The position numbers and the translations under genes were made by a program. Shown here piece after piece: positions 45,001 through 54,187 of a stretch of DNA of 64,000 nucleotides (the first letter of the stretch is position 1; the number at the start of each line of letters is the position of its first letter). The DNA comes from a virus (Duplodnaviria; Caudoviricetes). The notes beneath the pieces are model-generated. The model was given only the letters and a program-made list of their open reading frames with translations, was not told where the DNA came from and ran no database searches. The stretch is from positions 22,972 through 86,971 of IMG/VR virus record IMGVR_UViG_3300006752_000019. One strand, given 5' to 3'.

Positions 45001-46764
45001 GAATGTCCCCATCTTACCATTTGGGCCGCGCTGATTAAACACATCTTCTGCTGAATTATAAACCACCTTCTCTCTTGTGCCATCGCCCTTATGAGCCATC
45101 ATGGTTTTTACTTTACCTGCGTTATATCCATGAGCGCTGGCTTCTGCGTTTTCAGCCATAACGTCCATGTAACTAGGTGTCATGCCTGAAGCCTTTCTTC
45201 GTCCACTAAAACCTCCAGATGTGGTATGTCCAGTAAAGCCCTTGCGAGAAGCAAGAGCTACAATGTTTTGCACCAATTGTTGTTGCTGTTGTAGTAATTG
45301 GTTTTCTCTTTGAATAGCTGCAATAACAGCTTGCTCTTTTTGTGCTTGCGTTGCTGTTTGAGAGGATAAGATTTTTCTTAATTGAGAATCGCGCTGAAGC
45401 AACCCAACAATACCTTCCTGCAATTGTGCATTTTTCTGGTTGGCGTTTCCAATTGCCAGAACTGCTTGAAAACCTTCTTTTGCAAACTTAGCAACAAGAG
45501 TTGTGATCTTCAAAAACGCTGTTGTAATTAACACAAGTCCTGGGCCAGATATAAAACTACCAATTGCATTAAACAGCCCTTTGATGAATACATTACCCTT
45601 TTCTGGATCAAGAGCTTTGTCTAATGTTTCTGAAATAGAGGTTGCTATTTTTGTAAGACTACCCAAAAGCGGGCTTAAAGTAATCTGACCTATTTTTTCA
45701 CCAAGGCTAGTCAATCCAGCAATAAGCGCATTAATCTGAGCCGCCATTGATTTGTTTAGCGCCTGATTTTTTTGAAATGCTTCATTTGTAGCCTGTGCTG
45801 CTGTTTTTGCCGCGCCAGCGAAAATAGATGTTTCACTAGACAAGTCTTTCAAGGTAGAACTAACAACGTTGATTTGGAACACACCACCAGCAAGCTCTTT
45901 GATTTTGCTTGCCACTGTAGGGTCACTGATTTCCTCAAGAGCAGCAGAAAGTGCCTGTAGCTTTTGAATACCAGTTTGATTTGCATCAATTTGCACACCA
46001 AGTTCTTTTAGTGTTTCAATGGTGTCTCCACGACTAAGGCGAGTAAAAATAGATTTAAAGGCGTTACCAATAACAGCACCACCACGCGCCGTTCTTTGTT
46101 CCACTGCCGTGATCAAGCCAAGTAGTTCATCAAAGCTCACACCAGCATCCTCGGCTGTAGAACCTGCACGGGAAAAGCCATCAGCCAAGTCTTGCGCGGA
46201 AACAGCGAATGCGGTATCGACAGCAACAATCTTATTAACAATTTGTTCTGCACTCAAACCAGCAGATGTGAAACCGTTAATAGCGGCGGTAAGAGATTTT
46301 ACAGACTTCTCTGCATCCATTCCTGAGATACGAGAGAGAATAAGAGCAGCATTAAGTCTTTTTGCAGTTTCTTCAGCACTCAAACCTTGACGAGCAAGTT
46401 CTGCTGCACCTTCAGCTACCGTATCAAAAGCCTGTCCTGTATTCTTTGCTACTTCAAAGATGGACTTTCTAAATTTATTAAATTGAGACTCTGTGGCTTG
46501 AAAGATAGAGTTGATCTCAACAAGGCGCTTCTCAACTTCGATAGTGGTGGTGACTAGCTTTTTAAAAGACTGATTAACGGACTGCAACACTGTCGTGGTT
46601 GCGCCGAACGCGAAAACACGCGCAGTCGAAGCATCAAGGGACTTTTGGAATTCAGACGCTTGGCCTGTAATGCGCCCTAGTGCTTGTTGTATTTGACGAG
46701 CAGACTGTTGAACACTCGCGGTGTTCATCTGCAAATTACCTTGAATATTAACGGCTTGTGGCAT
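42016..46764 (-). CDS. Tail tape measure protein (TP901-like N-terminal domain)
   Basis: EKRLVEINSIF, AAELARQG, VDTAFAVSAQDLADGFSRAG, GNAFKSIFTRL; hydrophobic and coiled-coil C-terminal half. Start moved to ATG 46764. Confidence 0.92.
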   Translation of the reverse strand: MPQAVNIQGNLQMNTASVQQSARQIQQALGRITGQASEFQKSLDASTARVFAFGATTTVLQSVNQSFKKLVTTTIEVEKRLVEINSIFQATESQFNKFRKSIFEVAKNTGQAFDTVAEGAAELARQGLSAEETAKRLNAALILSRISGMDAEKSVKSLTAAINGFTSAGLSAEQIVNKIVAVDTAFAVSAQDLADGFSRAGSTAEDAGVSFDELLGLITAVEQRTARGGAVIGNAFKSIFTRLSRGDTIETLKELGVQIDANQTGIQKLQALSAALEEISDPTVASKIKELAGGVFQINVVSSTLKDLSSETSIFAGAAKTAAQATNEAFQKNQALNKSMAAQINALIAGLTSLGEKIGQITLSPLLGSLTKIATSISETLDKALDPEKGNVFIKGLFNAIGSFISGPGLVLITTAFLKITTLVAKFAKEGFQAVLAIGNANQKNAQLQEGIVGLLQRDSQLRKILSSQTATQAQKEQAVIAAIQRENQLLQQQQQLVQNIVALASRKGFTGHTTSGGFSGRRKASGMTPSYMDVMAENAEASAHGYNAGKVKTMMAHKGDGTREKVVYNSAEDVFNQRGPNGKMGTFIVPPNGFAGSGFVPNFAFDFLNHKLTGKETKGFMRQYNKAHKAAAMQGAAKPTVPSSYMRKFAYLVPQLNASGITKSRTVDGVKYEGGSPIRGIKKNQLKGISDGEEDGLTKRLKRSIFNDTSNWMTRLKPLGKTISAKDVHKGFMRTKGAKGALGALVGSAFEIGIMKSMQQGSQESVAKALGGFGDFDLRNPNSNLIKLFGLKEGVGDFKNRYGDDNERSFYKKIFRERNPSKKRGRRRAAFGFVPNFANPLGDAIKREKNAGVPVSKIRAHFGEDGSPLAVTNTRDEKRGLMDVYNQKNAAKGLVPNFAQGGAGGDGGRMGMGLLALQSALFMSSGMITANSQQKAAEAQVTKDLIKEKIAEIKASDKTEKQKKKEIDAIKKKSKADMEAADKTIKKAADLEKAVNILIMTMSAAQIGSMFGGPLKGAGRFVGKGFNPQAGRVAGGFGRKGGRLFGGARAAAGGGIKGLGAGIKAAAPAFGKMMAVSAGPILGAAIAVAAIAALAKSRVDSRNRILEGEQKAEAFKFTMSRREDLMNSAGGGRALMRQTMKGGLTRVIGGGGGAKNIADAIEKLKKLGGRSAEAAKQLEEYRDAIASQQNSMEEAQAAAKKLKEALEQAGNIMDLAATIDALNAKLKKAEEGISTSRGRSVAAASKAQDIMDIRSKVFMPKGVSESFGRAQAGEMKIAEANKAREALAQLQDAMDIGMTKDSKFAEGEAGQELKEKIAEASKEFKDKVKDSAITLSNTIRQNEEQLKSLRQTLVDQQKARAESRFGLAGRLSGKQIESGELRRDMQRLKSATDPEEKARLMKSIAAKKAGVDAISPAIFEGMAKDAGLDMNKLMEGVLRELFAQSGNFTADEVDAMVAAEKKGEPDVDKTKTQISDLEKDTEIARKRLQQFGEAFDSESTKNIMNQIKIMEEAITAVAEGTKSSGEVIKELQSVNDDALTIAAESAKQVASLKVSMKNLTSKIADTETKMDEFLGGAGKEG

Positions 46765-46782
46765 TACCACATATTACACATA

Positions 46783-47652
46783 TTATTTAAGAAGGTCTTC
46801 TGGTGTTAATTTACCCTTCTGCTTCATGCTTGCTTTTAGGTCTTCCACGCCATGAGTAACTTTTTTGCCTTCGTTTTCAGTATTTGGCTTGAATTCATAG
46901 ACCTTTACGGGGTCATCTTTGATTTCATCTGGAATCTCAAGATTTTTCAACTTGTTTAATATCACAGACGCATGAGACAACAAATGCCTCTGAAAGACAG
47001 TAATACTAAAAAATGTAACACCAAAGACAGAAAGAGGATCTCTATATTGTAAAGAAAATACATCAAAGAAAGAAGGTTCGTAAACAGCTCTCAAAAGAGT
47101 ATTTCTGTCATATAGTTTGTTCATTCTTTTTTGCAAAGCAACAATCACAACGAGATCATCCTTAAAATCAAAAGTAATTGAACAATTTTCATCTTCAAAA
47201 ATATGATCTTTTGCCATCTTCATTAGGCGCTGTTGGCTCGCCCAGTTTTCGGCGCTTTGACCCACTAGCTTGTTGCGCTCATCGCGAAGGACTTTTAGTT
47301 CTTGTGCTTGGCTTTTAATGCCATTTTGAATAGCGGCTTTTTGATTATTGTCTGTAATTTTGGATAAAGCGTTTTGCGTTTTATCAATAGTCCACACTAG
47401 GCTGGCCAGCTTCTCTTCTTTCTTTTTTGACCAAACACCGCGCTTGATATACATCTCAAGAAGCTTATCTTCTGTTTTGATGCCTTTTTTTGTGGCAGCT
47501 TCAAGCCTATTGAAGTAATACTCTTCGCTATTTAAATAATGAACGTTGGATGGATGTTTAAAAAATAAGGTTTTACCCTTTACCTTTAAAACACTATATC
47601 CACGCGAAATATCAAGAATCGTCAGAGACGCATTTGATTTTTCCTTTTCCAT
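46783..47652 (-). CDS. Putative tail assembly chaperone 2
   Basis: Position directly upstream of the tape measure. Confidence 0.5.
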   Translation of the reverse strand: MEKEKSNASLTILDISRGYSVLKVKGKTLFFKHPSNVHYLNSEEYYFNRLEAATKKGIKTEDKLLEMYIKRGVWSKKKEEKLASLVWTIDKTQNALSKITDNNQKAAIQNGIKSQAQELKVLRDERNKLVGQSAENWASQQRLMKMAKDHIFEDENCSITFDFKDDLVVIVALQKRMNKLYDRNTLLRAVYEPSFFDVFSLQYRDPLSVFGVTFFSITVFQRHLLSHASVILNKLKNLEIPDEIKDDPVKVYEFKPNTENEGKKVTHGVEDLKASMKQKGKLTPEDLLK

Positions 47653-47656
47653 TCAT

Positions 47657-48547
47657 TTATTCTGTATCTTCGGCATCTGCCTCAGTCTCTTCCTCTACTT
47701 CTTCAGTATCTTCTGCTTCTGCTTGACTCTTGATCTTTTCAACTTCTGCGGCAAGTTCGGGATCTTTCTCTCCTTCTTCAAGAGCTTTGATAAAACCATC
47801 AATTGATTCTTGGTCTTTACCAAATCCACGATACCAAACATTAACCGCTTTGATAAGCTTATCAAAACTGCGTTCAAAAATAGCTTTATGCTTAAGCAAC
47901 TCAGAATCACCGTCAAGATCTTCTTCATCTTCAGAAAGGACGAGGAAAAAGTCTCTACGCTCATCATAATCATCACCCTTAAACAAAGGCACAAGTTGCT
48001 TCTTGTCATCAACAATCTCTTCATAATGAGAAAAATTAAAAATAAAGAACTCGTATAACTTATGTTCTGCCTTTACATCTGCGGTATGATTGTATTGGGC
48101 ATTCATTGCACTCTCAATTTCTGTCAATTGTTTTTGACTGACAGCTAGTTGGAGTTTTGCATCCTCAAGTTGTTGAGCTTGCTCTGAATCAAGATCTTTA
48201 GCGCCACCAAAGAAACTAATAATATTAGAGGACTCCATATTGTCTTTTAGAAGCTTCTCAATATATTTCTCTTCATCTTTGGATGCAAGTCCACCGTTGT
48301 CGCTCATTTTTTTATTAAGCATTGCGCGACTCAAAAATCCAGAGTTAAGTAACTCATTAAATTTTTGACTATAAAAGAACTCTGCGTCTTCTACCTCTGC
48401 CTTGGTTGGCTTAAGCAATACTATGCGATTTACAACCTCGCGCATTTGCTTTTCTTTGGATTCAATTGTCTTACCACCAACGTTTTTTACATGAGGCACT
48501 TCCACTTCAACCTCGCGCTTAATATCAAAACTATACAATTCTTTCAT
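47657..48547 (-). CDS. Putative tail assembly chaperone 1
   Basis: Between the tube genes and the tape measure, with an acidic C-terminus. Start moved to ATG 48547. Confidence 0.5.
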   Translation of the reverse strand: MKELYSFDIKREVEVEVPHVKNVGGKTIESKEKQMREVVNRIVLLKPTKAEVEDAEFFYSQKFNELLNSGFLSRAMLNKKMSDNGGLASKDEEKYIEKLLKDNMESSNIISFFGGAKDLDSEQAQQLEDAKLQLAVSQKQLTEIESAMNAQYNHTADVKAEHKLYEFFIFNFSHYEEIVDDKKQLVPLFKGDDYDERRDFFLVLSEDEEDLDGDSELLKHKAIFERSFDKLIKAVNVWYRGFGKDQESIDGFIKALEEGEKDPELAAEVEKIKSQAEAEDTEEVEEETEADAEDTE

Positions 48548-48590
48548 ACTCAATTATTATATATAAAAAAGACTTAAAAAACAAAAAAAA

Positions 48591-49043
48591 TCACGAATAA
48601 TATAAAAAATCCCCGCCAAAAGCCAGAATATCACCCGTGGAAAGCATCAACCCCTCATTGCCAGCCGTTTCTCCTGTAACAGAAATCAGTAGACTTGCGT
48701 TGTTTTTATTAAATTCAACATAATCAACATCTGCTGACTTATCGGTGTTATTACTAATAATTTTTTCATTATAGTAATACATTAATCTATTTCCAGCAGT
48801 GTTATGGACAGAAATTGTAAATGGAATTTCAGGTTGATATCCACCAAAGAAATTTCCGCTTTGATCAAAAAGATATCCGTTTTGTCCAGAGAAAACAAAA
48901 CCAGTATTATGCAATCCAGTAATCGTGCCGCTATCAAAGCCATTACCAACAGCTACAGAAAAATAAGAATTTGTATTTTCTGCGGTTACAGTTAAGTTGA
49001 TCACGCTTTCTTTATAGCCACTAATCTGTTGGTATACTTTCAT
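48591..49043 (-). CDS. Small tail structural protein, S/T-G rich
   Basis: About 8 S/T-G dipeptides in 150 aa; TAATG coupling to the upstream gene. Confidence 0.5.
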   Translation of the reverse strand: MKVYQQISGYKESVINLTVTAENTNSYFSVAVGNGFDSGTITGLHNTGFVFSGQNGYLFDQSGNFFGGYQPEIPFTISVHNTAGNRLMYYYNEKIISNNTDKSADVDYVEFNKNNASLLISVTGETAGNEGLMLSTGDILAFGGDFLYYS

Positions 49044-49888
49044 TATGTAAATGTGATTCCTGAATTTTCAATAGAGAATGTGTATGAAAAATCAAGCGTT
49101 GCATTCTCGTCTAGGTTATGACTCTCTGATACAGAGATCAAAGAACAATTATTAATTGCGATTTCTTTTTCGTTTGATTGGTCTGTGTTTAGCTTGATTG
49201 TCACAGAACCTTTTTCCAAAACCAAAGAACTTAAATCAACTCCCGTTACCTTGTTTTTGATGATAGAAAATTTCAAGTCTCCCTGACTTGGGATACTAGG
49301 GTATCTTGTTTGCGGGGTTCTTAAGCCCATTCTATTTTTAGGTTCTCTATCCAAAGACAAAGACAAATCAAAGCCCTGAATACACAGGCCAGAAACACCC
49401 TCATTAAAGTTTGTTAATACAGAGATATCTTGTGGTTGATAAGCGTTAAAAGAATCGTTGCTTTGATCATCGTATGAAAGATTACCTGTTGAATTAAAAT
49501 CAAATACATCACACTGATAACCAACATTGCCTTTTACAAGCTCTCCAACCGCACCCCTAATAGAATAACTTGTCATGTAAGCTCCGCTCAAGAAAGTCTC
49601 GCCAACCAAATCGCGCACCTTAAAATTAAAACTTTCTATGGAAAGAACACCGCTGGTCTGAAAATCAAAAAACGGGTCACTTTGACCGCCATCATTTAGC
49701 ATAAAATCTAAAGCAAGATTTGTTGTTTGGTTTGATTTTAAAATTCTGTCAGTTACGTCTAGTTGACCAATTGGGCGAATATCATCAAACTCTTTTTGTG
49801 TATCGTAACTGCAAGACTGAATTCCCATCAACCTTGTATTGTTAATGAAAATTTGCTTGTCGCTAGAATCTACACGAAATACTGACAT
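49043..49888 (-). CDS. Tail tube-like protein (second paralog)
   Basis: IQSCSYD...EFDDIRPIGQL and IQGFDLSLSLDR parallel the tube protein's VDTFSFD..REDIREFGQL and IQSCAIEVPLSR. Start moved to ATG 49888. Confidence 0.6.
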   Translation of the reverse strand: MSVFRVDSSDKQIFINNTRLMGIQSCSYDTQKEFDDIRPIGQLDVTDRILKSNQTTNLALDFMLNDGGQSDPFFDFQTSGVLSIESFNFKVRDLVGETFLSGAYMTSYSIRGAVGELVKGNVGYQCDVFDFNSTGNLSYDDQSNDSFNAYQPQDISVLTNFNEGVSGLCIQGFDLSLSLDREPKNRMGLRTPQTRYPSIPSQGDLKFSIIKNKVTGVDLSSLVLEKGSVTIKLNTDQSNEKEIAINNCSLISVSESHNLDENATLDFSYTFSIENSGITFT

Positions 49889-49904
49889 ATTGTATATTAC
49901 ACGC

Positions 49905-49934
49905 AAAAGCGGCCTAGCCCGAAAGCTAGACCGC
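49905..49934 (-). terminator. Rho-independent terminator after the major tail tube gene
   Basis: GCGGTCTAGCT-TTCG-GGCTAGGCCGC-TTTT with a UUCG loop. Confidence 0.8.
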
Positions 49935-49960
49935 CGTTTATGCAACTAAGCTTTATCAGA

Positions 49961-51133
49961 TTAGATTGGCTGACCAGCAACTGCATCACCACTGGATGGG
50001 GTGGCTTGCGTGTAGCTACCAGCACCGCTCCAGAATAGGCCGTCAGTTGTGTTACTTGCACCACCGATTTGAGCAGAGAAAGTCAAGTCAACAGTCTCGT
50101 TGTCGTCAATACCTTGGCTGAAGCCTTGGCTATCAAGCACAGCATTCTTAAGACGGAACTTGTGAACATCAACAAGGGCATCGTTTTTGATATCAATGCC
50201 GATGGTGGTGTTGTTATCACCTGCGGTTCCAGTAAGAACATATTCAAGAGCGCCTGTTTTGAAGTTTTTAACGATTGCGTTAATATTAACAGTAACGTCA
50301 ATTGGGAATTCAAGAGGTTTTGCAACAGCGCGTTCTTCACCAAGACACTCAATGTTACCACGCGAAAGTGGAACCTCGATAGCACAACTCTGAATACACA
50401 TGTCAGAAAAGTCTGTTCCTCCAAGTTCACCAGAGGAGATTTCATCGTTCAAGAAGCTGACAGTAATATCATCAGGACGAAGAACGAGAACGTTCATGTC
50501 GCCTGTGCTTGGGGCAGGAAGCTGAAAGAGTCCTTCGTCTGCGCGAGCGCCTTGCTTGTCGATTGATGGGTTCTTGAAGCCAGAGTGACCACCAGTATAG
50601 AAAATAATATTGGAAGCTTCCCATTCAACATCTACACGAGGAATTTCACCAACCGCGAAGTTTGCTCCATAACTGGTAAGAACACAGTTACCAAAACCAA
50701 TCACATCATGGTTTGCACTTTGAGACTCGTAAACAGAAGAATCGAAAGCATCTTCACCTTCTTTTACAATCACGGTGTAAATGTTTTTCTCGCGGCTGGT
50801 AATATCTTCAGTCAAGATTCCGCTAATGAACTGCTTGTTAAGTCCATCAGAAGATTGCAAGCCAAGGGCAAGTTCATTCTCACCGTCACCAAGGAAATAA
50901 CCAAAGGAAATCGAAGGATTGATTTCTCTCATGTTAAGAGTTCCGATACGAGCGAGCTGACCGAATTCACGAATATCTTCGCGAGAGCCAGCCAAATCAA
51001 TATCAAAAGAAAAAGTATCTACGCGGTGAAGCTGATGAGCATCAATCAAGTTTTCATCAGTATCTACATACCATCCTGTATCAGAGACGAAGACGGCTTT
51101 GTTTTGGGCAATTACACGGGTTCTAGAGGACAT
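49961..51133 (-). CDS. Major tail tube protein
   Basis: Position, biased codon usage of a highly expressed gene, duplicated tube-like beta motifs, and a downstream terminator. Confidence 0.65.
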   Translation of the reverse strand: MSSRTRVIAQNKAVFVSDTGWYVDTDENLIDAHQLHRVDTFSFDIDLAGSREDIREFGQLARIGTLNMREINPSISFGYFLGDGENELALGLQSSDGLNKQFISGILTEDITSREKNIYTVIVKEGEDAFDSSVYESQSANHDVIGFGNCVLTSYGANFAVGEIPRVDVEWEASNIIFYTGGHSGFKNPSIDKQGARADEGLFQLPAPSTGDMNVLVLRPDDITVSFLNDEISSGELGGTDFSDMCIQSCAIEVPLSRGNIECLGEERAVAKPLEFPIDVTVNINAIVKNFKTGALEYVLTGTAGDNNTTIGIDIKNDALVDVHKFRLKNAVLDSQGFSQGIDDNETVDLTFSAQIGGASNTTDGLFWSGAGSYTQATPSSGDAVAGQPI

Positions 51134-51168
51134 ATTTTAAAAGAAATGTTTCTAAACATTACACCAGA

Positions 51169-52047
51169 TCAACTTCTTGGGAATCTATATGTAGATAAAT
51201 CAAAGTCGATGAATGCAATGCCTATATTTTTGTTTAGGCTTTGGCGCACAGTCTCTGAAACGACCGTGGTTGGGCTTACCTTGTTAATGTGAGACACAAG
51301 AGCATTTGTCCCCTGCGCTTCTTTGAGGGTATCGTATTGATACGGGAAAGACTTCAGCGTAAACGATTGGCCATAAGGAAGGCTATCGTATGGAATGTGA
51401 GTAATATTGTTGCGAACCAAATCGCGACATTTTGACACAATGCCATCTAATATAAATTCATTCTTGGCAAGAGCAATGACGCGGATTCTACTTTTAGTAT
51501 CTTCTTCGCCACCAAAAGCAAATTCTTCGTTTTCAGAATTAACCAAAGACACAATACATGCAGGAAGAAAGTAGGCTTTTTCATCAAGCTTGGCTTCCTT
51601 GCTGTAAAGGTATTGCTCGCTTTGACCTTCCTCAATAAAGTCTGAATGCAGCAAAATAGAAAGATCATCATCATTGCTTGTGTATGTATTGACTTCCTTC
51701 ACAGTTGAGTTTGCCGTGATATTAAGGGATTGACCAGATGCCGCAGGAAAAATAATACGACCATTATTATAGTCTGTATAAACGCCCCCGTTTTCGCTAT
51801 TGTTTCCAGTTACAAATCCACCATCAACAAAGAATCCAGAGTTTGGGGTGTCCACTCCATCTTCAGCCACAAGCTGTCTGAACTGACCCTGATATCCAAC
51901 AAAGTTATTTGGAACATCATTAAAATCAACATACTTAAATGTATTTGACAAACCTGTTTTGTAAGCCTTGATATCGTCTTTGAGAAGTTGGTTCTCAAAC
52001 CACAGATAAAAGCTCATTAGTAATTGATGGTCAAATTGTGCCTTCAT
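51169..52047 (-). CDS. Tail terminator / neck protein
   Basis: Position before the tube gene; AYFLPACIVS...FAFGG segment. Confidence 0.5.
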   Translation of the reverse strand: MKAQFDHQLLMSFYLWFENQLLKDDIKAYKTGLSNTFKYVDFNDVPNNFVGYQGQFRQLVAEDGVDTPNSGFFVDGGFVTGNNSENGGVYTDYNNGRIIFPAASGQSLNITANSTVKEVNTYTSNDDDLSILLHSDFIEEGQSEQYLYSKEAKLDEKAYFLPACIVSLVNSENEEFAFGGEEDTKSRIRVIALAKNEFILDGIVSKCRDLVRNNITHIPYDSLPYGQSFTLKSFPYQYDTLKEAQGTNALVSHINKVSPTTVVSETVRQSLNKNIGIAFIDFDLSTYRFPRS

Positions 52048-52655
52048 AGTTTGGACAGGTCTTTTTCGAACTCTTTGAGAATAGCCGAAATATAGGGGGT
52101 TGTTTTAAAGCTTACACCAGAAACCTTGTTTTTTGACTGTAGACCTGTTCCTGAAGAAGAATTAGGAAAGCCAGCAGGATTGAAAATATAAGCCGCAGCA
52201 TTACTGACACCTTTTTCAATAGCCTCAGACCAACTCATGCTTCCAGCCCAAGGCATGGGTGTTAAATCGAATATCTCCTCTGGTTTAGGGATGTATATAG
52301 TGATTATCATTTTGCCGTTTCTGGCAGAGCGAACTCTGTATCGCAATTTAGCCTCTAGAAGCTGCGCTACGACCTCCAGAGGGTTTTCTCCAGATTCGAA
52401 ACCCAAGAACGAAAAAAGGTTGCCATAGCCGCCTAGAGTGCCACTTCTATTGCTTGCATTAGCGCCTTCTGATATCTCAGAGGATACAGGGTGAGCCATA
52501 AACCTCTTAACCATTTCGCGCTGCTTCATGGCAATATCAGGCTCAATAGCCTTTCTCACCTTAAGAGCGGTTATAGCTCCGTTTTTACCCTGAGTTAATT
52601 CAGCAGCTAATAAACGAGGATCAATTGTAACTGTAAAATTTCCTTTTCTAGCCAT
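52044..52655 (-). CDS. Neck / tail completion protein
   Basis: Synteny; start at ATG 52655 via a TAATG overlap. Confidence 0.45.
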   Translation of the reverse strand: MARKGNFTVTIDPRLLAAELTQGKNGAITALKVRKAIEPDIAMKQREMVKRFMAHPVSSEISEGANASNRSGTLGGYGNLFSFLGFESGENPLEVVAQLLEAKLRYRVRSARNGKMIITIYIPKPEEIFDLTPMPWAGSMSWSEAIEKGVSNAAAYIFNPAGFPNSSSGTGLQSKNKVSGVSFKTTPYISAILKEFEKDLSKL

Positions 52656-53098
52656 TAGTTTTCGCGTTTCAGAAACCACATGAACGCTTGAGGACTAAAT
52701 GGGCCAATTGGCTTTGGATCGCTGTCTACAACAAAAAGATCACCGTCAATTTCAATTCTTTCACAAATCTTGATCTTTTCATTAGCTTCCGAAGTGCTAA
52801 CCTTGATTCTCACTGTGCCTTCAGAAGAAGGTAGATTTGCCTGTGCGCTTCCATCAAACAATTCTTGGTTTTGGTTATTTTCGTATAAGACAGTAGCCTC
52901 ATAAGTAAACTTTGTTAATTCTTCTTCAGAAGAAAGGGAGGATGTTGGATTAGAGTTACCGTAGAAAGGATTATTCCCCCAAGAAGCCGTCTGCTTGGTT
53001 TTAACGTAAACATAGATATCTCTTGCAAATGTGTCACGCACATTCTGTAGTTCAGCCTGAATAGCTGCTTTTTCTTCTGCACTAAGTATATCTGCCAT
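52655..53098 (-). CDS. Head closure (stopper) protein
   Basis: Synteny; ERIEIDGDLFVV..PKP..F...F.WFL beta-barrel pattern. Confidence 0.55.
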   Translation of the reverse strand: MADILSAEEKAAIQAELQNVRDTFARDIYVYVKTKQTASWGNNPFYGNSNPTSSLSSEEELTKFTYEATVLYENNQNQELFDGSAQANLPSSEGTVRIKVSTSEANEKIKICERIEIDGDLFVVDSDPKPIGPFSPQAFMWFLKREN

Positions 53099-53100
53099 AA

Positions 53101-53616
53101 TTAACTACGTAAAGAATCAATACCATCATCACCCAAAGCATCTGTGCTGTTCATTGCATCTGCACCATATACTTGTCTTGGGCCTGACTTGTATCTATTA
53201 TGCTTAAATATCATATCATTTAAGTCGGACTTTGCTTGTGACGCAAGCTCGTTAAAGGTTTTTGCGATTGAATTTTTATTCTGTCTTTGGATTGTGGTAT
53301 CACCTTCCTTAAGAACAGTCCAATCAGCAGTAGTGCCGTAGGCAGAATTTCGAAGCGTTTCTCGCGCCGACTTTTCGTAATAATGAATAGAATAAATAGA
53401 CTTGAAAATCTCTTTCTCTTGAGGCATCAAGCCGCTACAATCACCAACATAAATTTCACCAGCATCATTGACTGTAAACTCTTCATTTACAGCAATGCTT
53501 AGTTCTCCAATATTAGCTTCCAGCCATCCAGATACGTATGATAAAGGGTAACTCCCAGTATCATTCGGGAAGTCATAGGTTACTATCTCTGTTGCAATAT
53601 TCCCGAAGTCGTTCAT
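53101..53616 (-). CDS. Head-tail adaptor protein
   Basis: Synteny; helical sequence with LKEGDTTIQR. Confidence 0.5.
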   Translation of the reverse strand: MNDFGNIATEIVTYDFPNDTGSYPLSYVSGWLEANIGELSIAVNEEFTVNDAGEIYVGDCSGLMPQEKEIFKSIYSIHYYEKSARETLRNSAYGTTADWTVLKEGDTTIQRQNKNSIAKTFNELASQAKSDLNDMIFKHNRYKSGPRQVYGADAMNSTDALGDDGIDSLRS

Positions 53617-53623
53617 AGGTTAC

Positions 53624-54172
53624 TTAAATATCTTTAAATAACCTTACACTTTCTTCGTAGTTTGGATCTTTTTTATCTAGCTGGATTGGTCTAGCGGGAG
53701 CTGCAACAGTCACATCATGCTTTTGGGCATAGAAATCAAAAGACTTGATAAGAGCGCCCTTGAGTTGATTTCTGCCACCAGAAGGCTGAATGCCTACACG
53801 GGTTGCGAGTGTGGTCATGTCAGCAACAGACATAGAATTAAGATTATCTTTAAAAATGTCTCGATTCAGAGTGCGATAAGGGTTGGCATCTTTTACGCCA
53901 AGAAGCTCTTCAAGCTCTTTAGCTTTGTCAATTTGCTTTTGCTTTTCTGTGCGGTCTTTGCCGTCAGCTTCTTCAAAATCATCAAAATTTGGAGCCTCTT
54001 TCTCTGTTTCTTGCTTTTCTACCTTGAGTTGGTCAAGATCTTCGCTCGATGCGTTAAGCAGATCAAAGCCCTCTGTAGTGAGTTCTGCACTTTTAGGCTT
54101 ATCCATCTCTTCATGTTCGATCTTGCCGTGAATAAGGTCTAGGCTTTCTTTGCTAAATTTTTTCTTGCTCAT
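53624..54172 (-). CDS. Hypothetical late protein (182 aa)
   Basis: Follows the capsid terminator and a GTGTAA motif. Confidence 0.6.
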   Translation of the reverse strand: MSKKKFSKESLDLIHGKIEHEEMDKPKSAELTTEGFDLLNASSEDLDQLKVEKQETEKEAPNFDDFEEADGKDRTEKQKQIDKAKELEELLGVKDANPYRTLNRDIFKDNLNSMSVADMTTLATRVGIQPSGGRNQLKGALIKSFDFYAQKHDVTVAAPARPIQLDKKDPNYEESVRLFKDI

Positions 54173-54187
54173 AATATATAATATAGA

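Noticed and set aside
47640-47700. Programmed -1 frameshift joining the two tail assembly chaperones
   Set aside because: No slippery heptamer is visible, the second ORF is in the +1 frame, and an in-frame TGA sits immediately before its ATG.
36798-51117. Extra GTGTAA hits inside coding sequence (36798, 38902, 40467, 51112)
   Set aside because: About 20 chance hits per strand are expected, and these fall in Gly-Val or Arg-Val codons, so they were left out of the motif count. The hits at 38902 and 40467, about 32-35 nt before starts, remain possible.
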